A DNA stretch of 64,000 nt from Octopus sinensis (taxonomy: Eukaryota), in contig NC_043009.1 of NCBI RefSeq assembly GCF_006345805.1, positions 43,896,001 to 43,960,000 on the forward strand, given 5' to 3'. Positions within the stretch are counted from its first letter, which is position 1, and the number at the start of each line of letters is the position of its first letter. Below are positions 1 to 14,373 of this stretch, piece after piece. Below the pieces are notes generated by a model. It saw only the letters and a program-made list of their open reading frames with translations, made no database searches and was not told the origin of the DNA. The translations under genes and the position numbers were made by a program.

Positions 1-127
1 ATAATAGATATACACACGCACACACACACACACACACCACACACACACCACACATACATATACATATAATGTATATACACAAAAACACACACACACACAT
101 ACACACACACACGCACACGCACACGCA

Positions 128-184
<57 letters not shown>

Positions 185-477
185 GTTCGGGGAGAGAGGA
201 GATAAAAAAGAAACAGCTCATAGAATGAACAGGTATGTGTTTCACAATAAAATCTAACAGCCCTGTTGATTGATCAAGTGTAACAAAATAAAGCTTTGTT
301 GAAATATAGAAGAACACGACTATCAATGCCGTAACATTATTACAACACCTGTAGTAGCACCTGGACACTTAATTCAGATGTTTAGCTCAAATCTATTTTC
401 ACCTGTTCCTGAAATGTCAAATAAATCATACTACAATACTTCAATAAACAAATGTATAAGATTTCCGCAATAATAAC

Positions 478-545
<68 letters not shown>

Positions 546-939
546 AATAATAATGGTTTCTTTATTAACCACAAAGAATGTGTGTGTGTATATATAAGTG
601 AGTGTTTTGCGTAGGCACAAGACCTGAAGCTTTATGGGAGAGATATAATCGATTGACCCCACCCCCGTTCTTGTTTCCTTTCATAGTGCCCCGCAAATCG
701 ATCACTTCCCCCTCCCTCTATCCGTCTATCCGTACATATCTACACTTAAACGTACATGCAAACATATGTCTGTGTAAGGGACAGAGAAAGGGGGGGGACA
801 AAGTCGTTTTCGGCGGAATTTGAGCTCAGAACATAAAGCAAAACGAAATGCCGTTAAGTATTTTGTCCAAGGTGCTGACGATTCTGCCAGCTCGCCATAA
901 CAACAACAACAACAATAATAATAATAAGATACTAGTGAT

Positions 940-1150
940 GATCGGTGCGTTGGGCTCAATCCCATTGAAACTTCAAGACTTCTTAAGGTAGCTGGAAATC
1001 CCATGGAAGATTGATGTCTTACAAAAAGCAGCCTTGTTGGGCACGGCGCATATCTTAACGAAAGTATTATTTGTCTGAGGTCCTTGTTGTGACTTGACAG
1101 ATGACTAAAGACTCCGGTGCATTTTTACCTACACTGTATTACGAAGGAAT
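940..1150 (+). mobile_element. 3' end of an R4/Dong-like (RLE) non-LTR retrotransposon, 5'-truncated, within an (AAT)n tract
   Basis: Frame reads IDVLQKAALLGTAHILTKVLFV*, resembling the LQKAVLLGTAHILRKVL C-terminus of R4/Dong-clade proteins; followed by a short 3' UTR and an (AAT)n tail, with AAT repeats upstream too. Confidence 0.7.
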
Positions 1151-1160
1151 AATAATAACG

Positions 1161-1234
<74 letters not shown>

Positions 1235-1241
1235 CATAATA

Positions 1242-1799
1242 ACTGCCCTGATGCAGTACCAGACAGTGGCTCTCATGGTTTCTGATCTTATCTCATTGGA
1301 AGTGTTATCATGTACATTGTTTTGTCTTGGTATAAAAGATGGGCTACAGCAAATATTCTGCTCAATACCACAGATTTGCTTGTCAGTTATTTGACCTTAA
1401 CCAGTTGAGCATGTCCCTTAGTGGCTGACGATATGTGCATCTCTGATCACGAGCAGAAGTAGTGGGGGAGCATCATAGCCATGTGTTGAGAGGGATTCTT
1501 TGGGGTTTGAATAGTTCACCTCTGGAAACATGGGTGGTTCTTTCAACATCCTTAAACAACCCTTATTCAGGGACCGTTTGAGCGGTATGGGCTACTCAAC
1601 CTGAAGAAAATTCTAACTGGGCCCCACCTGCAAGGTCATGTGCTGTTTATCTTGATATGATATCATCAATGTCGCGCACATATGGTTGTGATGCATGTGC
1701 CTGGTGTACCCTTATCAGACGGGTAGTCATGATGGGTATATTGGGCTTCGTATATTTTACCCCAGTGTCACTTTGATGGCATGCACTGCTCTCTCACTC

Positions 1800-1800
<1 letters not shown>
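1242..1800. repeat. ~550-bp interspersed repeat, copy 1 (non-coding, flanked by (AAT)n on both sides)
   Basis: Colinear high similarity to 18403-18950 (tgcc..gatgcagtaccag..cagtggctct ... gatggcatgcactgctctctca). Confidence 0.85.
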
Positions 1801-1847
<47 letters not shown>

Positions 1848-2269
1848 GACTCCTTTATTAACCATAAGAGTTTACATTAAGGAAAACATTATGGACAGTA
1901 CAGGACAAAACAAAAGAATGTGTATGTATGTGTGTGTGTGAGTTTGTTGTGAAGGTTTTACGTGTAAACAAGACTAACAAAATAATAATAATAATTCATT
2001 TTATTATAGCCACAAGGCCTGAAATTTTGGGAAAAGGGGTTTGTCAATATATCGGCCCCAGTGTTAAACTGGGACTTTATTTATCTCGTAAGGATAAAAG
2101 GCAAAGTCGACTTCAGCGAAATTTGAACTCAGAAGTAGTGTTTCTCAGGATTTTGTGTGGCGTGCTTACGATTCTGTCAGCCCGCCGGCTCAATACAAAG
2201 AAGAATAACAATAATAATAATTGACCATGTTATTTCTTCTTTCCAACTATTTTTTTTATGTTCTTTTTT

Positions 2270-2470
2270 CTCTTCCTGAATTCTAGTTTCGATAACTTTT
2301 TTGATATTTCTAACCACAGACATTATTCTTTCTTCACTATGTACGTAAGCTTTTCAAACCCGGTTTCGCATTACTTGATGGTATCTCCTGCGTTTAGAAA
2401 TCTTCTTCCTCCTTCCTTTCTTGGTAGGTTAAGCCTTTCATTATTACTTTCAGACTAGTGTGTGTTGTCC
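2270..2470 (-). mobile_element. Decayed non-LTR retrotransposon fragment (post-RT region, R4/Dong-like)
   Basis: Minus frame ERLNLPRKEGGRRFLNAGDTIK* matches the RLYLPRKEGGRGL motif found downstream of RT in LINEs. Confidence 0.6.
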
Positions 2471-2851
2471 TTTGTGACGTAGTTTCTGTTTCTGTTTCAT
2501 AAGAAAAGAGGTTCGACTTCGTATTAGTGGCTGCGATGGTGGATAATAGCAAATAGATACCAGAGTAATTAAGAAAATTGAGAAATATCAAGACTTAAGA
2601 TGAAGAGATAATAGAAAATTAAGGTGACAATTCTCTGTGGCAGTTGGTGCACCAGACACAAAAACGAAACTGCCGAGAGACTGGAGAATATTGGAATCGA
2701 GACTTATTGTTAAATTATTAATAGCTTCGTTAATAATGAATAAGGATGATGATAATATATTTCTAATTTTGTCTTCAGAGAGAGAGAGAAAAAAAAGAAC
2801 CATTCCGATTGTCTCTTCGTCGAAGCATGTTGATTGAAAAATTTGATTGTA

Positions 2852-4129
2852 TTGAGTCATCCCATAAGTAATGCGGTTTTTTTAATACTTCTTTTATTTT
2901 TCAAAATTAGGATAAAGTTCTATTTTAATCTAAAATATACTCTCCTTCATTTTCTACAATGCTCTTCCGTCTATCCGGTAGAATTGCATGGTCCCTCTTC
3001 CAAAATTCACTTGTCCATGACGGAAAATAGTCCTCCACTTCTGTTCTAACCACGTCTACAGAATTCATATTTTCCCGTTCAAATGATTTTGAAGACTGTG
3101 GAATAAAAGATATTCAGATTTGGTAATGTCCGGTGAATGTGGTGGGTGGGTGGGGTATCGTTTCCAATTCAATCTGCTCCAGCCTTTGGAATGTCATCCT
3201 TGCTGTATGTGGTCGAGCATTATACTGATGGAAGACCACCTTCCGTCTTGAAACCAAAGATGATCGTTTTTCTTCTAGCGCCGACTCATGTCACTCAAGC
3301 TGCTTGCAGTAGATCTCCTTTGTTATCGTTTGGTTTGGGTTTAAAAGTTCAAAGTGGACTAAACCTTTCATATACCACCAAATAAAGAACAACACCTTAC
3401 GTGGGTGAAGACCTTCTTTGGCCTGGGGTGCCTGTGTTTCTCCTTTCCTTACCCAATATCTTCGGCACTTGACATTTTTATAGAGAGCCCTTTTCTCGTT
3501 ACTAGTCACTATTCGATCCAAAAAGGGTTCATTCATGAGACATGACAGCAAAGAATAGCACACATTCACTCTCTGCGCAAGATTAGACTCGGAAAGTTTG
3601 TGAGGTACCCACTGACCCAGTCTGCTGACTTTTCCAATGGCACGCAGGTGTCGAATAGTTGAATGACCAAAGCCAAGCTTCTCTGCTAGTTCCTCAACAG
3701 TCACGATGGAATTTTGTTCCACCAGGATTTGCAGAACGTCCTCGTCGATCTCTACACACCTTCCAGGATGAGGCTCGTCTTCTAGGCTGTAGTTTCCGGC
3801 TCGGAATTTCTGGAAGACACTGGATTACGTTTATTGTCTGATCCCTATATACTGCATTAATATTCCTTGCACTTTCCGTTGCGTTGTTGCCTTTATTGAA
3901 CTCATAAAGCAAAATATGTCGAATATGCTCCTTCGTTACTGCCATTATAGCTTTGAAAAAAATATCTATTAAAATCGAACTGCACTCTTCAAAATTTGCA
4001 CTAAGAATAAGGACAAGGTAAAATTACTACCTCTTTTTATAGCAAATTGATGCAGGTAGTTTATCCCGTCTCTCTCCGACTTTTAGTTCCTGCAACTGAA
4101 AAAACTGCATTATTTATCGGGTGACTCAA
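2852..4129 (-). mobile_element. Full-length decayed mariner (Tc1/mariner) DNA transposon with both TIRs
   Basis: Imperfect ~28-bp TIRs: ttgagtcatcccataagtaatgcggttttt at 2852 (preceded by TA) and aaaaactgcattatttatcgggtgactcaa ending at 4129. Length ~1.28 kb, typical of mariner; encloses a transposase pseudogene. Confidence 0.9.
2925..3945 (-). pseudogene. Mariner transposase pseudogene (frameshifts, stops, mutated catalytic triad)
   Basis: N-terminal KEHIRHILLYEFNKGNNATESARNI (mariner HTH), WVPHKL, RIVTSNEK (for TGDEKW), YNARPH (for DNARPH), HPPHSPDITKSEY (for HPPYSPDLAPSDY), ending ENEGEYILD*. Confidence 0.92.
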
Positions 4130-4362
4130 GAGATTACTTGAGATTTTCTCTCCTTCTCAATTGGCGCCGGTTACATTCGCCGCTAGGTGTTTCTTTACTA
4201 CCCCTCTGAACGAAATCAATTTTGATAAATCAAGAATTTCTCTTGTACTGTATTTCGTATTAATCTTTCTTTGTTTTGATATCCAACTTCATGTTACTGG
4301 CGGCCAATCAAAGCTGTTATTCTTTCTCTCCTAATTTGTATGTGAGTATGTATGTGTGTATG

Positions 4363-4396
<34 letters not shown>

Positions 4397-4777
4397 TGTA
4401 TGTATGTATGTATGTATGTGTGTATATACGCGTGTACGTGTGTTTGTATGAGTGTGTATGTGTGTGTTTGTGTGTATGCGATATATATATATATAATATA
4501 ATATGGTATAATGCAAACACACATACACACGCACACACACAGAATGATGCGGTTATTCAACACATGGGTGTATGATATATATGCTTGTGTATATGTGCAT
4601 GCACACATTCAGGTAAAACATCCACGTATACTCTTTAATCTTTCTCTCACAAACACATACATTTACAATTGTTGTTTACAAATAAATAATTTGATATTGT
4701 CTATACAGAAAGAAGTTTTTTTTTAGGAAATACTAGGGTACATAACGGAATACAGTATATGTGTATTTAAGTATATA

Positions 4778-4811
<34 letters not shown>

Positions 4812-4984
4812 AATATATATATATCAACAATTGAGGGTAAAATTAATTAATTAATCAATTTCACCAAGTGTTCAGTATGTAAAAGGACCATTTAAGGCGA
4901 ATTCAAAATATTACATTATATAATTAGGGCTTAGTAAAATAAATCCAAATTAAGAAATTTTGAGCTGACGAAAGAAATGCTGAT

Positions 4985-5084
4985 NNNNNNNNNNNNNNNN
5001 NNNNNNNNNNNNNNNNNNNNNNNNNNNNNNNNNNNNNNNNNNNNNNNNNNNNNNNNNNNNNNNNNNNNNNNNNNNNNNNNNNNN
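4985..5084. other. Assembly gap (100 N)
   Basis: Run of exactly 100 N, a typical placeholder of unknown size. Confidence 1.
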
Positions 5085-5215
5085 GTGGAAATATTTTGGT
5101 GGGGGCGTGGATTACTTCAGAATGGGGTGTAACTAACAATCAAATAAATTTGCAATAATGTTTCAATTAAAACTGCTTTTGAGTGAATATATATATATAT
5201 ATACACACAAATATA

Positions 5216-5286
<71 letters not shown>

Positions 5287-5829
5287 ACACACATATATAT
5301 ATGAAGGGTTAAACAGAGAGAACAAAACAAAGAAAAAGTTAGACGGAAGCAGAGCAAACGGGAGACTAGACACGGTACACGGAATATTCGTAGTTGAATT
5401 TTTCTTGTCAGTCAATGAACCAAAATATCATCGTGATTTCGTGCCATTATCATTGAGACCACTCAATTCTGGAGGTGCCAGTGCTGTTATTAAGCTACTG
5501 AGAGAAAGCTAGCGAATATATACTGAGACAGAAACAAACAAGACATTATATAAATACAACAGACGAAGAATTATGCATATATAACAGCACGAAGCCTTAC
5601 GGATATATACAACAGAGGAAAAATAATAATAATAATTATACAAATACAACAGAAAACGATTTGCAGCTATCAAACGAACTAAGTGCAGTAGCGCAGGGTG
5701 AAATGGAATAAGTCCTAATGGACGCATCAGGAACCCAGACCAGCATGACCAGTTTGGTCAAAGGACAACACCACCTTCACTGAACATCGGTCACGTGGAA
5801 GGGTAGAGGAAGAATATATATATAGAAAG

Positions 5830-5841
5830 AATAGGATACAC

Positions 5842-5891
<50 letters not shown>

Positions 5892-6070
5892 AAGAGAGAA
5901 GGAAGGAACAGAGGAGTGGAGAAACAGAGGGAAAGAGAGAGAGAGAGAGAGAACGTTGTCTGTTCAACCCTTGATACATCCATGTAGCGCAACGCACACC
6001 CTGGTTGTTTATGTGTGGGCATATATGTCTATATATATGTATATATATATATTGATAAAAACGGTAAGAT

Positions 6071-6105
<35 letters not shown>

Positions 6106-6125
6106 CACACCATATATATATATAT

Positions 6126-6176
<51 letters not shown>

Positions 6177-6230
6177 TATATATATATAATATATATATAT
6201 ATAATATATATATATTATAATAATATGCAT
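5830..6230. repeat. (GA)n and (TA)n microsatellite field
   Basis: Direct inspection. Confidence 0.95.
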
Positions 6231-6395
6231 ATAATCACAAAACCAATATTATACGACCCATATTAATTACTGCCTCGCCTATCTCTTTTTGAATAATACG
6301 GTTATAACACACTAGGGTATAGGAGTGGAAATGTTGATCAGAAGGCTGAGTCAAAAATATCTGGCAAAGTGTATCACATTAATGCACACTATCGA

Positions 6396-6474
<79 letters not shown>

Positions 6475-6642
6475 CACATATACACATATGTACAATTATA
6501 TACATACACACACGTTTGCGTGTGTGTGTGTGTGTGTGTATACATATATATATGTACACATACGCACACATATGACAGAAGTAAATAGACGCCCCATAAA
6601 TCATCGTTTTATATTTATTCTAACTTGTAAAGGTTTATATAT

Positions 6643-6850
6643 AATTTTAACACACTCACCGGTAAAATTTCCACTTATTCCTTATTTTTATTTTCCTAAA
6701 ATTTTCGCAAGACTATTGAAAAGGTTGCAAGACGCAACGAAAATTTTCGGAAAATAAAAATAAGGAATATAAGTGGAAATTTTACCGGTTAGTGTGTTAA
6801 AATCATAAGGCACAAAAAGAAAATGACTCTCCCCAGACACAACAGACTAT
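6643..6850. mobile_element. Long-TIR fold-back/MITE family, copy 1
   Basis: ~63-bp inverted arms around cgcaagactattgaaaaggttgcaagacgcaacg; related copies at 39110-39360 and 40325-40581. Confidence 0.7.
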
Positions 6851-8024
6851 GTGTGTATATATATATATATATATACATTTCCCTCACCTGCCTGGAACTC
6901 CATATTCCACAACATAGCGAAGACATGACACGATATAGGTAAAGAAATTTGAGAAATTTGAAAAGAAAATACGAAACCGGTTATTTCTCTAAAAACTATG
7001 TTACTATACGCAAATTTTTCTAACATTTTTCTAACATAATGACTTAAATATATTCTTTAACCATATAACACAAGCCTTCTGTAGATTTCACTCTTTTTTG
7101 TTATATATATATATATCGATGTGTGTGTGCGTGTGTATATATGTATGTATGAGTGAGTGATATATACTTTGCCCGATCATGGTGATGCACACATATTTTG
7201 GGGAACATCAAAGTGAGTGGAGGTGCAAAAATAATTGAGAAACAACGATCGAAATTTTAGTGGAATCTTGAAAACCCCTCCCAAATATCATGATTTAACA
7301 ATTTGCTTGTTTAATTAGTATCAACCAATTATAAACACGATGATACATGATAGTTCAGCTTGTTATAGTGTAGTGTTTTGGCCAACTAAAATAGTTGTCT
7401 ATCACTCTATTATACTGTTCATTTCTATACGTAAATGTGTTAGATTCCCAGTTAGACCAATCGATATTATGCCATCGTATCGGTGTAAATATTTGCAACT
7501 ATTACCACATTATCATTGCTCGCATGTTTATGTGGCAGAGTCAGTTGACTCATAAATGTATCAGTTGACTTGAGCTACAGTTGAACTTAATAAACAACAT
7601 GTGTACTGAGTAAAGGTAATGAGAGAACCTTTAAATGGTCACTCAACCTGCCAGAAGTGACAACCAAATCTCCTTCAAATCACACTGTATCTTTTTATAT
7701 AATGAAGGATCCGTTGTATTAAATAGGCCTAAGCACACTATGCCTAGACAAACATAAAAAAGGGACGAAAATAGAATCTGAACGACTAGGGCTCTTTCCT
7801 TCACAATTTGAACATAACTATAACCACCAAGAGTAGTATCGCCACAACAATGCGTTCTCGAGTACTACAATCACGAAGACAACGGCAACGAGGACTGCCA
7901 TAACCATCATCATCACCACCAAAAATAATACAACCATCACCGCCTCCACCAACATACAGTAATCACCATAAACATAAAAAAATAAGCAATACCGATAGCA
8001 ACACGACTATCCTTTTCTTTTCAA

Positions 8025-8400
8025 GGCGCAAGGCCCTAAATTTTTGGGGAGGCGGCTAGTAGATTAGATCGACCTCAGTACACAACTGGTACTTAATTTA
8101 TCGACCACGAAAGGATGAAAAGCAAAGTCGACCTCGGCGGAATTTGAACTCAAAACGTAAAGACAGACGAAATACCTATTTCTTTACAACCAACAAGGGG
8201 CTAAACACAGAGAGGACAAACAAGGGCAGACAAACGGATTAAGTCGATTATATCGACTCTTGGTGCGTGACTGGTACTTATTTAATCGACCCCGAAAGGA
8301 TGAAAGGCAAAGTCGACTTCGGCGGAATTTGAACTCAGAACGCAGCGGCAGACGAAATACCGCTAAGCATTTCGCCCGGCGTGCTAACGTTTCTGCAACC
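8025..8400 (-). mobile_element. tRNA-derived SINE family A, nested dimer
   Basis: Head with A-box-like TGGCAGAAACGTTAG and B-box GAGTTCAAATTCC; body GTCGACTTTGCCTTTCATCCTTTCGGGGTCGAT; two units joined at AAAGAAATA|GGTAT (8172-8177). Confidence 0.85.
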
Positions 8401-8487
8401 TCACCACCTAGCAACACGACTATCATCGCCAAGACGACGACCAGCAGCAGCAGCAGCAGCACTACCCCCCCACCGCCCCAACAACAA

Positions 8488-8535
<48 letters not shown>

Positions 8536-10127
8536 CAACATGCGTATTGATGAATTGACAGGTGTTTCATTAAGATGCAATGTTAGTAACAAATTACACC
8601 TCCGTGGATATACTTTGTAGAAGAATGGGGCTCAACGGTGTTGATTTACCCTACGTAGGGCATGAAAACGGAAGCTTCAAGGGTTGCTTTCAGATATTCA
8701 ATGAGTTAGGGTCCTTTCAGTTATGGTCCGGATTATTATGATCGGAAAGAGTTCGATCTCAAAAGACGCCATCTTACCAAAATACTCGTGTTCTTGCAAA
8801 TTATGAATAGACAGACAACGACTATGAAGAATCATTGAACAGTTATGGAGCCTGAAATTCCTGCATTTTTATTTTGGTATTAAATGATTCCGCCTCTTCT
8901 TTCCACCCCCTTTAAATATCATGAGGAATCAGAAACAAATTTGATAAGTATTTTGAGCTTATTTCTATTTCCCTGGCTTCATCGTTACATTCTTTGGGAG
9001 AAAAAAAAATATCATAGACTTTAGATAAATTTGGATTTAACATTCAAAATATACTTTCATGATTCTTAACTATCAACAAGAAGGATTTAATTATCTAACC
9101 GTTTTTGTAATAGAATATTCTCTAAGCAGATAAAACTTGAAACAGCTGGCATTGGCAGTGATGATTGCTGGTTGAATATCTCTGTCTTTAGAAGCAGCAG
9201 CAACAACAACAACAGCAACAAAAAAGAAGAAAGAGAAAAAGAAATTTATACTTTTTCAATTTTAAAAATAATTTCGGAAAAAAAGGTTTTTGTGTAAAGA
9301 AACGAAAGGAGAGAGAATTGGATTTAAAAAAAACATCATCACATGAAAGATCGTTTGAAAGGTTGCTACTAGTATTATCATTACTATTATTATTAGTAGT
9401 AATAATGACGATGATAATAATAATGATAATAATGAAAATATCAATGATGATGATGATGATGATACTAATGATATATCTGTTGTATTGTGATATATCTTAA
9501 TTTTGTTGTATCAGTGTACGTATATCTCTTGGCACACCATATGAGTGTTCTTATGTGTGTGCGTGTGCTCGCGAGTATCAGTACAAATGTATGCATGTAT
9601 GTACGTATATATTAATATAATGCGTATTATATACAGAATATTCGTATTCATATATTGTTTAACTTGACTATGCACGCGCTGCACTTATACTCATACAATC
9701 TCTCTTTCTCTCCCTCTTTTCTTACTTATCTCTCACACACTGACACACACACACACACACACACCACACACACACACACATTGATGTAAATTCGTTAAGG
9801 CTGAAACAGGAGTGCTCAACACGTGTTTGTTGCAAAGAATCTGTTAAGTAGATTAATGATTACTTATAAAGGACTTTGTCTGTAGATCTCTTCGTTAAGA
9901 AACGTTGAGTCACAATTATTGCATCTCAAATTACAGAAAACACACACACATACACATATACATACATATATGCATAACTATATAACTATATATATATTTA
10001 TACGTATACATGTTGAAACACACACACGTATGTGCTTGCATATCTATACATACGCATATACATATACACATACGCGTTCATATATATGCATGAATATACT
10101 TATATAGTACACACACACACACACACA

Positions 10128-10170
<43 letters not shown>

Positions 10171-10586
10171 GACACACACACATATATACGCACTCACATA
10201 CATATGCATGTAGCTGCGTGTGTGTAGCAAGATGCATTTTCGCAATCGTTAACATATGTTCGTGCAGCTGATTTGCATATCTCACAGCATCATAGGGACT
10301 TTATCCAATCAGCGGGGCTCAAGGCTATGTAGCTATATCACACCAACCCGACGAACTCGATAAGAATTGGAAGCTTAGTACCGTTTCCATGCCTTCGTCG
10401 TGACGTTCTTTGAGAGAAATCAACTTTGAGAGAAATCAAATTTATATCATACAATTTAGATAAATTTATTTTTAACTTTTAAATATCATTTCTATGGCGG
10501 TAACTATCTCCGAGAAGGAACGGGTCGTAATCTCATGTAGATACACGCAAACTGTTGTTGAAGCCACCAACACGAATTTTTTTTAA

Positions 10587-10737
10587 CCCTTTAGTGTTTA
10601 AACTGACCACATCTAACCCAAATTTTCTACCAATCACATCATCAAAATCTTGGAGCTATGAGATAGTGCGTGATTATCTTAAAATAATGTGGATAAATAA
10701 GAATCACTTTTGACAGAATAATCTGAATGGTAAAGTG
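10587..10737. mobile_element. piggyBac-type MITE (151 bp)
   Basis: TTAA|CCCTTTAG ... GTAAAGTG|TTAA: TTAA on both sides and imperfect short TIRs. Confidence 0.6.
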
Positions 10738-11660
10738 TTAAATCGCTTTGTCAGAAGGCAAGGTGAGGGACCCTGATGGTATTTTTTTTTTGTCTTTGAA
10801 GAATCTCTGAGATTTGTTAGAAAATACAGGAAGGGACCAAAGCAATCAGTTCAATGAAAAAGGCGTGGTTAAAAGCATCAGGTGGTAGTGTTTAACTAGA
10901 TGAAGAATTACGCTGACTATCCAACAACAAGCACCGTGCCTTCACATAGTTTCCGTCTACATCAAGTCTGAATTGTCTTGGGTTGATTCGAAGCTAAGAT
11001 AGAAAACACTCCTCTATGATGTCACGCAGTAAGACCAATCCCAGATCCATGTAATTAACCACTTCCCTGTTCCTGCATCCTTGTTCATTAGTCGATTACT
11101 AAAATGATTTAAATTTAACCATGTTGAATTTCTTTTTCTTTAATAAATTCTAAATTGGTGTTTCTTAGAAAAAGAAAAAGCTACCGGAACCCGTGGAAGC
11201 CTTTAGACTGATTATGGTGAAAACGTTATAAATAAAATAAAAGATTTGAAAAACTAGGTCTATAGCCGTCTGTATACAGACGTTTATTTGATTTAACACT
11301 CTTTCAATTGCGTACACCAAGTTTATTTTAGCAGGTAAGCTTTCGGCGATATAAATGAATGTATTATTCATTGTTCGCTATATATTGGAGGGTATAAATC
11401 TTCCATTAGGCATGTGATGACCGGGTACACGTTACTGACAAAGCCTGAGAAGAAGACCGAAATGCTTTGATGTTCTCGTGAGTTACTGCTGGGACGATGT
11501 TCGGCCCGCCACGCAATATATATTGCGTTTAAACCACAACGTGTCTATAAAGAGATTTTTCACTCATAGAAAAACTACATCACCGTTTTTCTTCAGAAAC
11601 AGGAGACAGAGGAAAGTCCAAGAGAAAAGGAAGACGGAGGAAAAAAAATCACCAATAATC

Positions 11661-11718
<58 letters not shown>

Positions 11719-11889
11719 CACATACACATAAATATATTCAGAGAGGGTGAAGAGAGAGAAGGAGATAGATAGATAAATGGCGAGTGAGAGAGGAGGAGAG
11801 AGAGGGGGGAGAGAGTGAAAAGCGGAGATAGGGAAAGAGAAGAAAGGGATAGATAGATAGTTAGATAGGGAGATAGAAAGAGAGTGAGG

Positions 11890-11936
<47 letters not shown>

Positions 11937-12685
11937 TGGTACAGCAGTACAGTTCCATGTTTTGATGCCTGGTCCCGTTATTAATAACAGATGAGCTAAC
12001 TAACAAAGCTAAAGGCACCAAAATAGGAAGTTTGTGTATTTGTGTGTGTGAGTGTGTTAGTGTATATGAGTGTATGTCTGTGTATGGGAATGAGTGTATG
12101 TCTGTATGTGAGTGAGTTTGTTACTGTATGTGCGTGTGAATGCGTGAGTGTGTATGTGTAAAACTGTAGGTGTGCGTGTATGTGTGACTGTGCATGTGTG
12201 TGTTATGTGTCTGTGTATTTGTAATTGTAGTGTATTTGTAATTGTGTGTGTGAGTGTATATATATATATAAATATATTTATATATGTATGTGTGTGTGTA
12301 TGTGTGTTGTGTGCATATGTGTGTATTATGGGTCTATGTGTATTTGTAATTGTATGTGTGTGTGTGTGAGTGTGTGTATATCAGTGTGTGTGCGTGTTAT
12401 TTCACGTCAGTTGCACTCTAACAACCTTCCCGTTTTCCTTCATGGCTGTTGGATTCTACGTGTGCAACGTGTATGACATGATAACAGCAGTGTATATGTG
12501 TATATATATACACTTGTACGTTTGAACATACATGTGATGTCTATCCACACACACAGAGATGCAACACGGAATTTTGTCAGTGATCAGGTCGCGGTCTCAA
12601 TTAAGTTTAAATATATATATATATATATAGATATATATATATTATATAATATATTATATATATATATATAGATATTTATATATGC

Positions 12686-12724
<39 letters not shown>

Positions 12725-12760
12725 GAATGTATATATATATATATATATGGGAATATATAT

Positions 12761-12793
<33 letters not shown>

Positions 12794-12806
12794 TAATAAA
12801 TAAAAT

Positions 12807-13460
12807 AAAACATATGCATATATATAACCATATATGTACGTACCTACCTCTACATGTACATATACACGCATATAAGAGTACAGGACACCAAAAGGACGTC
12901 GAACACAATGAGAAACGAAGACATAGACACAAACCAAAGGAACTGGACATTTATTTAAAAACAGCAAAAAAATAGAGTACAGGACAATTAACACAAAGAA
13001 AAACCCCTTCTTCAGTCGCTAAAGATTTCATCTACTCTACGTTTCGAAGGATAAAAGCGAGACGTATCTTCGACAAGAAAACTTTCCTTCCTGCGAAAAG
13101 CAAATCAATTAAAATTCTGAGATCTTTTCGCAGAGGGGTAAAAAATGGTAAAAACAGGACAGTAACGACAGTACAAATTGTAAACAGTAAAGGACAGGAC
13201 AAGGAAAAACAAGATAAGATGCCGAACGAAAAAAGTATTGCAAACGCAGAATTTTTTATGGACGACGAGCGGAGCGAAAAGAAATGTCGTCCATTACCTT
13301 GAGAGAGCCAGGCGAGAGAGACAGCAGCGGAAGTGACGTCGCGGGTGAACGACGGGAAGGCGGAAGTCATGTCGCGGGTGGACGACGGGAAGGGGGGAGG
13401 AGGAGCAAGAGAAAGGGAGAGAAGAAGAGGAATGGCTGCGAGGAAACCATGAAGAATGGA
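12807..13460 (-). mobile_element. Penelope-like terminal-repeat/non-autonomous element, copy 1
   Basis: ~650 bp of clear inverted similarity to 53300-53970; carries a CGAAAC...CTGAAGAAG motif of the kind seen at PLE termini. The PLE assignment is inference. Confidence 0.65.
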
Positions 13461-13705
13461 GAGGGGGAGAGAGAGAGTGAAGAATGAGAGAGAGGAAGAG
13501 ACAAGTTAAGTAGAGGAAAAGGAAAACAAAGAATGAAGGCTGAGAAAGGGATGGGACAGAAAGTTTAAGAGTGCGCGTGAGAGTTAATATCAAGATCAAA
13601 AACTTGATATAAAGAACAATCTTACTTAGTGGGGTGCGTGCGTTTCATCATATAATATATTAATAAATATGAATTTAATATTGATATACTTAAGAAAGCG
13701 GTGAG

Positions 13706-13900
13706 CTGGCAGAAACGTTAGCACGCCGGTCGAAATGCGTAGCCGTATTTCGTCTGCCGCTACGTTCTGAGTTCAAATTCCGCCGAGGTCGACTTTGCCT
13801 TTCATCCTTTCACGGTCGATAAATAAAGTACCTGTTGCGTACTGGGGTAGATATAATCGACTGCCCTACCGCCTCCCTAAAAATAGAGAGGCTTTTATAT
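13706..13900 (+). mobile_element. SINE family A copy
   Basis: gcggtgagctggcagaaacgttagcacgcc...gagttcaaattccgccgaggtcgactttgcc. Confidence 0.85.
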
Positions 13901-14275
13901 ATTGCATTGTCTGAGAAGCTGACAATGTTTAATTCGTTACTCTGAGTATAACGTCGCTGATTATTCGGTAGACTGAAGTAAGGAAGTAGCATAACAATGT
14001 ATAAGAAACAATGTTTGTAAATACATCATAATATGATTGGTCATATTTGATTCGCTGTCAAAAAAATTGTATTAAGAAAAACGAACGTGAAAATATATCT
14101 CACATTCAACTATTCAGTTATCATATGAAGAACAATAATTTATATACAAAAACAACTATTTCACGTCTTGGGTGTCATATGTGAAAATCACAAGAAGTAA
14201 GAGAAGTAACTATTTTTGAAATTTTAATGTTGATAAGTCACTGAATGTTTTTTTCAATATACGACCACTTTTCAG

Positions 14276-14373
14276 AGCATGGCGTATTCATTATGTAGGA
14301 AATAAACTATTGCTAGAAAAATCGCCTGAAGTACGTACAAGAACGAGAACGGGTACTGAAAATGTTAAAATAG
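14276..14373 (+). CDS. Candidate internal exon, unknown protein (AWRIHYVGNKLLLEKSPEVRTRTRTGTENVKI)
   Basis: Acceptor ccacttttcag, donor AG|gtaacg, one open frame, non-repetitive composition; no recognisable domain. Confidence 0.3.

Noticed and set aside
10271-10312. Octamer ATTTGCAT plus CCAAT box
   Set aside because: Two short motifs with no adjacent histone or snRNA gene.
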